DNA of 64,000 bases from an uncultured Prevotella sp. (GTDB lineage: Bacteria > Bacteroidota > Bacteroidia > Bacteroidales > Bacteroidaceae): the NCBI GenBank assembly GCA_900555035.1, contig USJX01000001.1, positions 15,740 to 79,739 on the forward strand. The letters run 5' to 3'. Both the position numbers and the translations under genes were made by a program. The notes below the pieces were generated by a model, which was not told where the DNA came from, did no database searches, and saw only the letters and a list, made by a program, of their open reading frames with translations. Below are positions 59,901 to 64,000 of this stretch, one piece after another; position 1 is the stretch's first letter; the number at the start of each line of letters is the position of its first letter.

Positions 59901-60119
59901 TTAATGAGGTGAAGGTAAGAATGAGACGTGTGTAACTAAAGATTGATACATGAGGATTTCTTTGTTTCCGTTTATGTCCATGCAGCACCATTTCCCATCT
60001 ATCATGGTTCCGATGATAGGCTTGTCTTTGTACCACATGATAAGGGTCTTGCCTTCAAAGAGAAGGAGATGGGCTTTGCTTACTCGCTTGCCTACCTTGA
60101 TATATCCGAAAATATCCAT
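59901..60119 (-). CDS. Hypothetical phage protein
   Basis: 72 aa, operonic. Confidence 0.55.
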   Translation of the reverse strand: MDIFGYIKVGKRVSKAHLLLFEGKTLIMWYKDKPIIGTMIDGKWCCMDINGNKEILMYQSLVTHVSFLPSPH

Positions 60120-60122
60120 AAG

Positions 60123-60575
60123 CTAAAATAGGGATAGCTGACCTGTCTTGTCGTGGTAGTGATTACCCGAAGGGAATATCAGTTCCTCGAACATGGCGGT
60201 CAGGCAGTTGGTTACTATTGAATTTCCTGCAAGGGCATAGAGTTTGCTCTTGCTGATAATGAATTGACCAGTCTTCTCCTTGCTCAGGAGTTTGTCTATG
60301 TCAGCTTCATGTACTCCCATCAGTCGGAAACAATCTCTTGGAGTGTACTTCCTGATTTGGATTGAGTATTTCTTTCCGTTTGGTGCGGTGTGAATGATTT
60401 CTTTATTCATGATTGTAACGAATGTCATGTTTGCTGTATCAATGGTTGTCTTGATGGTAGGTGAGATTCCTTGCAAAACAGATTGGTTGTAGATGTCGAG
60501 AACTTGACCGCCTACATCAGGTTTCACCTTCCCTGATAGGAGCATGGATTTCATTCTCTTTCCTCCTGTTATCAT
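60123..60575 (-). CDS. C5 DNA methyltransferase C-terminal part (TRD-like unit + motifs IX/X)
   Basis: GISPTIKT; IRKYTPRDCFRLMG; LYALAGNSIV; ATG at 60575 overlaps upstream stop. Confidence 0.85.
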   Translation of the reverse strand: MITGGKRMKSMLLSGKVKPDVGGQVLDIYNQSVLQGISPTIKTTIDTANMTFVTIMNKEIIHTAPNGKKYSIQIRKYTPRDCFRLMGVHEADIDKLLSKEKTGQFIISKSKLYALAGNSIVTNCLTAMFEELIFPSGNHYHDKTGQLSLF

Positions 60576-60733
60576 ATCTCTTTGACGATTAAGAATAGTG
60601 GGATGCAATTACCTCCGTGACCCATAGCAGAATTGAGAGTAGGAGAGATTCCCTTTGTGGAATAGACTCTGGTCTGCTGCTCTATTCTGCCTTTTAATTG
60701 GAGGTTTGCTAGCTTTATAATTTTGTCGCACAT
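60572..60733 (-). CDS. 53-aa stand-alone TRD-like mini-ORF B (not in ORF track)
   Basis: MCDKIIKLANLQLKGRIEQQTRVYSTKGISPTLNSAMGHGGNCIPLFLIVKEI; TAATG and ATGA coupling at both ends. Confidence 0.7.
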   Translation of the reverse strand: MCDKIIKLANLQLKGRIEQQTRVYSTKGISPTLNSAMGHGGNCIPLFLIVKEI

Positions 60734-61107
60734 TAGCTTACTCTTTTTATGATTAAGACTTCATTGGGCTTTATTATCATTTTCCTTCCATATTTTCTAC
60801 GTTTCAACGAATATCTTATATTATAAGAAGAGTCACACCATTCAAGATTATCCAACCTATTATTGTGCCGATTTTCGTCTTTATGGTTGATAAGCGGAAG
60901 GTTTTGAGGATTGGGTAAGAATGCTAATGCTACCAGTCTATGTATTACTGGGTAATGCCTTTTGCCATCTTCTCCCCATAAACCTATATGATAATATCCA
61001 TCCCATCTGTTGTGCGGTTTCATTATCTTGTCTTTATTCTTTATTCTACCTATATTGCTAATTTGGTAGTTAGGAAAACCGACACATTCTTTCCACGTTT
61101 CTCGCAT
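60733..61107 (-). CDS. NUMOD4-HNH homing-type endonuclease
   Basis: ETWK..YQISNIGRI; IHRLVA.AF.PNP..INHKDEN..NN..NLEW. Confidence 0.9.
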   Translation of the reverse strand: MRETWKECVGFPNYQISNIGRIKNKDKIMKPHNRWDGYYHIGLWGEDGKRHYPVIHRLVALAFLPNPQNLPLINHKDENRHNNRLDNLEWCDSSYNIRYSLKRRKYGRKMIIKPNEVLIIKRVS

Positions 61108-61108
61108 T

Positions 61109-61273
61109 CTATTTGATTCTTTTGATGATTAAAACTCCACCTTTCGGATAATGAGCGGTGTCTATGAGGTTCATGACACTTATCATAGAGAAACTGGCTG
61201 TGACTGCTACAGAGCATCCATCAGCAGTTTTCGGTATTGCTATCTTCTGGGTAGAGTTTTTCGATTGATTCAT
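61109..61273 (-). CDS. 54-aa stand-alone TRD-like mini-ORF A (not in ORF track)
   Basis: MNQSKNSTQKIAIPKTADGCSVAVTASFSMISVMNLIDTAHYPKGGVLIIKRIK; overlaps end of MTase N-half in another frame. Confidence 0.6.
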   Translation of the reverse strand: MNQSKNSTQKIAIPKTADGCSVAVTASFSMISVMNLIDTAHYPKGGVLIIKRIK

Positions 61274-62015
61274 TGATGTCTGCTTTTGTGAGATACTTTT
61301 CTAGGAGCTGCTGTGATAGGAAATATTCGGGAGATACGTTGTCTTCCAAGATGTCCTCAACCGTTGTCTCTAGCTTGATAGGAGAAGGGAAGTGATACTC
61401 TGGGTTCGGCTCGTCTTCTGTTCGTAGTATGGAGATAACGAAGATACGCTCACGATTCTGAGGAATTCCATAGTCCTTAGAATTAAGAACCTTGTAGAAA
61501 GAGGTGTAACCGAAGGAGTCGAGGTCTCTGATGTACTGGAAGAAGTACTTTCTCATTGACTTTGATAGAAGACCTTTCACGTTCTCCAGCATCACATACT
61601 TGGGTTTCTTGACTGCCAGCATTCTCTTCTCCTGAAAGATAAGGGATGAACGTGTGCCGCTACCTTCTTCTGCTCCTTTGCGGAGTCCTGCGTTGGAAAA
61701 GTCTTGGCAGGGAGAAGACCAACTGATGAAGTCGAAGTCAGGAACATCATTCCAGTCTATCCTTGTCACGTCTCCAAAGTTCGTAATATCTCTTCCGTGA
61801 AGGAGTACGTAGGCTTGGATAGCGGAAGGTTCAATCTCGGAGTAGCCCACTACCTTGAAGTCGAACTCAGGATGCTTATCTTTGAGGTACTTGAAGGCTA
61901 GGCTCTGACTGCCATACCCTGCAAAGGCCTCAAAGACTCGGAGAGGATGCTGCTTGTTGTACTTGCTGATTTGTATCATTGTGGTAAACGGTTTCGTAGA
62001 TGTTACGGATTCCAC
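61221..62015 (-). CDS. C5 DNA methyltransferase N-terminal catalytic part (motifs I-VIII)
   Basis: FEAFAGYG, SSPCQDFS, LENVKG, PQNRERIF; ends without motifs IX/X. Confidence 0.9.
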   Translation of the reverse strand: MESVTSTKPFTTMIQISKYNKQHPLRVFEAFAGYGSQSLAFKYLKDKHPEFDFKVVGYSEIEPSAIQAYVLLHGRDITNFGDVTRIDWNDVPDFDFISWSSPCQDFSNAGLRKGAEEGSGTRSSLIFQEKRMLAVKKPKYVMLENVKGLLSKSMRKYFFQYIRDLDSFGYTSFYKVLNSKDYGIPQNRERIFVISILRTEDEPNPEYHFPSPIKLETTVEDILEDNVSPEYFLSQQLLEKYLTKADINESIEKLYPEDSNTENC

Positions 62016-62569
62016 TGGATGCCCAAGCGTTCCAAGGTTCCATTGTCACGATATATCTCCAACTGCTTTCTACAGAAGCTCTGAGGGTTCTTTTCGAGAA
62101 CTTCAATCATACCATATATTCGCTTACGGAAAGCGTGGTTCTTGTCTTCTTCCGTAATCTGCTTCTCTACCTTGGTCTTGGCGATTAGTTGGCTGATTTC
62201 GGAAGGGTTCTCGTTAACGGCTGCTGGCGGTGGTGTCGCTCCGATGAGTTCGTCTTCCCATCCTCGCTGGTTGAGGAAAGTTTGGAAGTTCTTTCTGTAC
62301 TGCTTGTCGGGTTGGGAGATTACATAGAGAGGAATGTACTCTATAGCTGCCTTGCGGTCTTTCAGGCTCATGGAGTTCCACTTCTTTTCCAGTTTAGTCT
62401 TGCAGCCAACCTTCTTTTCGTAAAGATTCCATGCTCGCTCAAAGGTATATTCGTCTTTGACTGCCTTTGGAGGAGCAGTAACCTTATATCCATTCTCTTC
62501 TAGAAGCTGGATGGCTTCGTTTAGCTTGGTTACGAAATCCTTTCCGTTCATGATAATTACATCATTCAT
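62003..62569 (-). CDS. Putative replication-associated protein
   Basis: FERAWNLY.KKVG..TFLNQRGWEDE pattern seen in phage initiator C-termini. Confidence 0.5.
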   Translation of the reverse strand: MNDVIIMNGKDFVTKLNEAIQLLEENGYKVTAPPKAVKDEYTFERAWNLYEKKVGCKTKLEKKWNSMSLKDRKAAIEYIPLYVISQPDKQYRKNFQTFLNQRGWEDELIGATPPPAAVNENPSEISQLIAKTKVEKQITEEDKNHAFRKRIYGMIEVLEKNPQSFCRKQLEIYRDNGTLERLGIQWNP

Positions 62570-62985
62570 AGTTCACCATTTAAATAATTGTCGATTGCTT
62601 TGATAAATTCATCTATAGAGCGGACAATGATGTACTTGCCACCATGCAGTTCTACTTCGTGTTGGAATACCTTCTGTTCAGGTTCCTGCCTACCTTTCGG
62701 TGTTTTATTTTCGATGCAGAGGAAACCGTACTGGGATGTTCGCTTCAGGAGCAGCATATCTGATACTCCTGCCTTCATACCTTCTTCTTTCAACCATGCG
62801 GCTTGTCGGGAGGTTCGCTTGCCACCATTTGGAACGGCAAAGAAGACTCCTTCAAGGTCAGGATATACCCCACGGATATACCTGACCTCTGCGGCTTGCA
62901 AGTTGTGCTCATTATAGGATGAACGCTTACGTATCTTCTTGTCTTCCTGCTGTAGCTTTGCCTTGATTTCAGCGTAGCTTGCCAT
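62566..62985 (-). CDS. VRR-NUC (PD-(D/E)XK) nuclease
   Basis: AVPNGG..GMKAGVSD..IENK..GRQ..EQ. Confidence 0.85.
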   Translation of the reverse strand: MASYAEIKAKLQQEDKKIRKRSSYNEHNLQAAEVRYIRGVYPDLEGVFFAVPNGGKRTSRQAAWLKEEGMKAGVSDMLLLKRTSQYGFLCIENKTPKGRQEPEQKVFQHEVELHGGKYIIVRSIDEFIKAIDNYLNGEL

Positions 62986-63752
62986 TACCAGTCGGTTGAG
63001 AAAAGGTCTTTGAGAGATTTTTCACCCATCAGGCGGATGGCTTCATTGGCGAGTTTCTCAGACTTGAAGTAAACCATGCCATTGTTATAGACAACACTAG
63101 AACAAGGTATATATTCTTCGCTATCATAAGCTACGTTAATATCCCAAAGTTCTGTATTACCATCAAATTTTGGTTTCCAGTCACCATTGAGATACTTTGC
63201 GATGTTCTGCAACTTGTTGAAAGCAGCCATGCGCTTAGCCTGTGCCTCAGATGTGCAGTTATCAAAATCATTATAGTTCTCATCGTGTCCTTTTCCATAA
63301 TCAATTTCTTTACCAACAATAAAGAATATCTTTTTATCCAAGAAGAACTTCTTGCAAATATCATCGTATGTAACAGGAGAACCATCCGCCGCATCAGGCT
63401 CCTTCTCCATCCATACCAGCTTCTTCTTCTTGCAAATCATCGGCTTTCCTTCCTCGCTAATGAAAACCTCGTAACCATCAGGTACAGGAATCTCGGTGGC
63501 GGTTCCGTCATTCTTGACGATAACAGAAGACTCTACATGGTTGCCAACCTTTCGGGTTCCTTCGTATGGGATGTCATTTGGCTGCTCTTCTGTCTTCTCT
63601 CCTGCCTTATCCATCAAGGCATTGGCAATCATACCAGCACCCTTTCTAAGGATTGCTCCAATAATCATCTGAACGAATGGAGATACTTCTTGGTTGTTGT
63701 TGCGCTGACGGCTATTGCGTCTGTTGTTGCGCTTGTCGTTTCTACGTGTCAT
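62985..63752 (-). CDS. Hypothetical phage protein
   Basis: Likely start 63752; AKYLNGDWKP..VYFKSE.LA. Confidence 0.65.
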   Translation of the reverse strand: MTRRNDKRNNRRNSRQRNNNQEVSPFVQMIIGAILRKGAGMIANALMDKAGEKTEEQPNDIPYEGTRKVGNHVESSVIVKNDGTATEIPVPDGYEVFISEEGKPMICKKKKLVWMEKEPDAADGSPVTYDDICKKFFLDKKIFFIVGKEIDYGKGHDENYNDFDNCTSEAQAKRMAAFNKLQNIAKYLNGDWKPKFDGNTELWDINVAYDSEEYIPCSSVVYNNGMVYFKSEKLANEAIRLMGEKSLKDLFSTDW

Positions 63753-63753
63753 A

Positions 63754-63999
63754 CTAACTATAATTTTGTAAAATGTTATTAAACTCGTCTTCTGTAATAC
63801 CATTAGCCATGAGAATGGTTAGGATGGTATCAAGACATCTACTATATACTTCGTTGAAGGCTGGCTCATCCATCTTGGCGAAGGAGATAGACTTTGCTCT
63901 CTCCAAGAACTTCTGTCCGTTGAGGTCGTAAAGCGGTTCGCTGAATCCTGATGTTATAAGAAGCTGCTCACGGAATGTGTCTATTGAGCGGAGGTTGAT
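63754..63999 (-). CDS. DUF1367-like protein, 3' part only (truncated by window edge)
   Basis: Hand translation ...AKSISFAKMDEPAFNEVY...QNYS*. Confidence 0.6.
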   Translation of the reverse strand: MNLRSIDTFREQLLITSGFSEPLYDLNGQKFLERAKSISFAKMDEPAFNEVYSRCLDTILTILMANGITEDEFNNILQNYS

Positions 64000-64000
64000 G

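Larger units (their letters stand above)
4700..64000. mobile_element. Probable integrated prophage, podovirus-like; left end approximate, continues beyond window
   Basis: Abrupt switch from housekeeping genes to portal, capsid, terminase, tail, lysis, ejection and phage early genes; no tape measure gene. Confidence 0.9.

Noticed and set aside
60733..61107. Group I intron carrying the HNH
   Set aside because: The HNH ORF abuts ORFs on both sides, leaving no room for a ribozyme core, and no P/Q/R/S-like elements were recognised
4700..64000. Alternative genetic code as in some Bacteroidales phages
   Set aside because: Genes, including a 17.7-kb ORF, are intact in the standard code and all three stop codons terminate genes

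Overview
The first ~4.7 kb is Bacteroidales chromosome. Canonical TTTG-N20-TAnnTTTG promoters and REP-like palindromes suggest Prevotella/Segatella (inference). It carries an AmpG-like MFS permease, an SPFH + ribbon-helix-helix operon and yjbQ. From ~4.7 kb to the window end is the left ~59 kb of a probable podovirus-like prophage: portal, capsid, TerL, tail-tube/fibre genes, holin/GH19 lysin/spanin, ejection proteins including a 5916-aa polyvalent protein, and a leftward early/replication cluster. No integrase, tape measure, tRNA, CRISPR or reverse transcriptase is visible. The most notable signals are: (1) four small ORFs, each preceded by the same covarying 24-25-nt hairpin, in an operon ending in an HTH gene and lying beside a Tad2-like sponge gene; (2) a C5 DNA methyltransferase split into translationally coupled pieces, with stand-alone TRD-like mini-ORFs and an HNH ORF sharing a junction motif; (3) the giant protein built from enzyme cassettes separated by about 13 xFS[LI][RK]-type linkers; (4) a capsid protein with a membrane-type leader near a phage rhomboid protease; (5) two phage-specific promoter classes with fixed spacing; (6) a kissing-loop small RNA at the prophage left end. 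All family assignments come from motif recognition by eye, not database searches.
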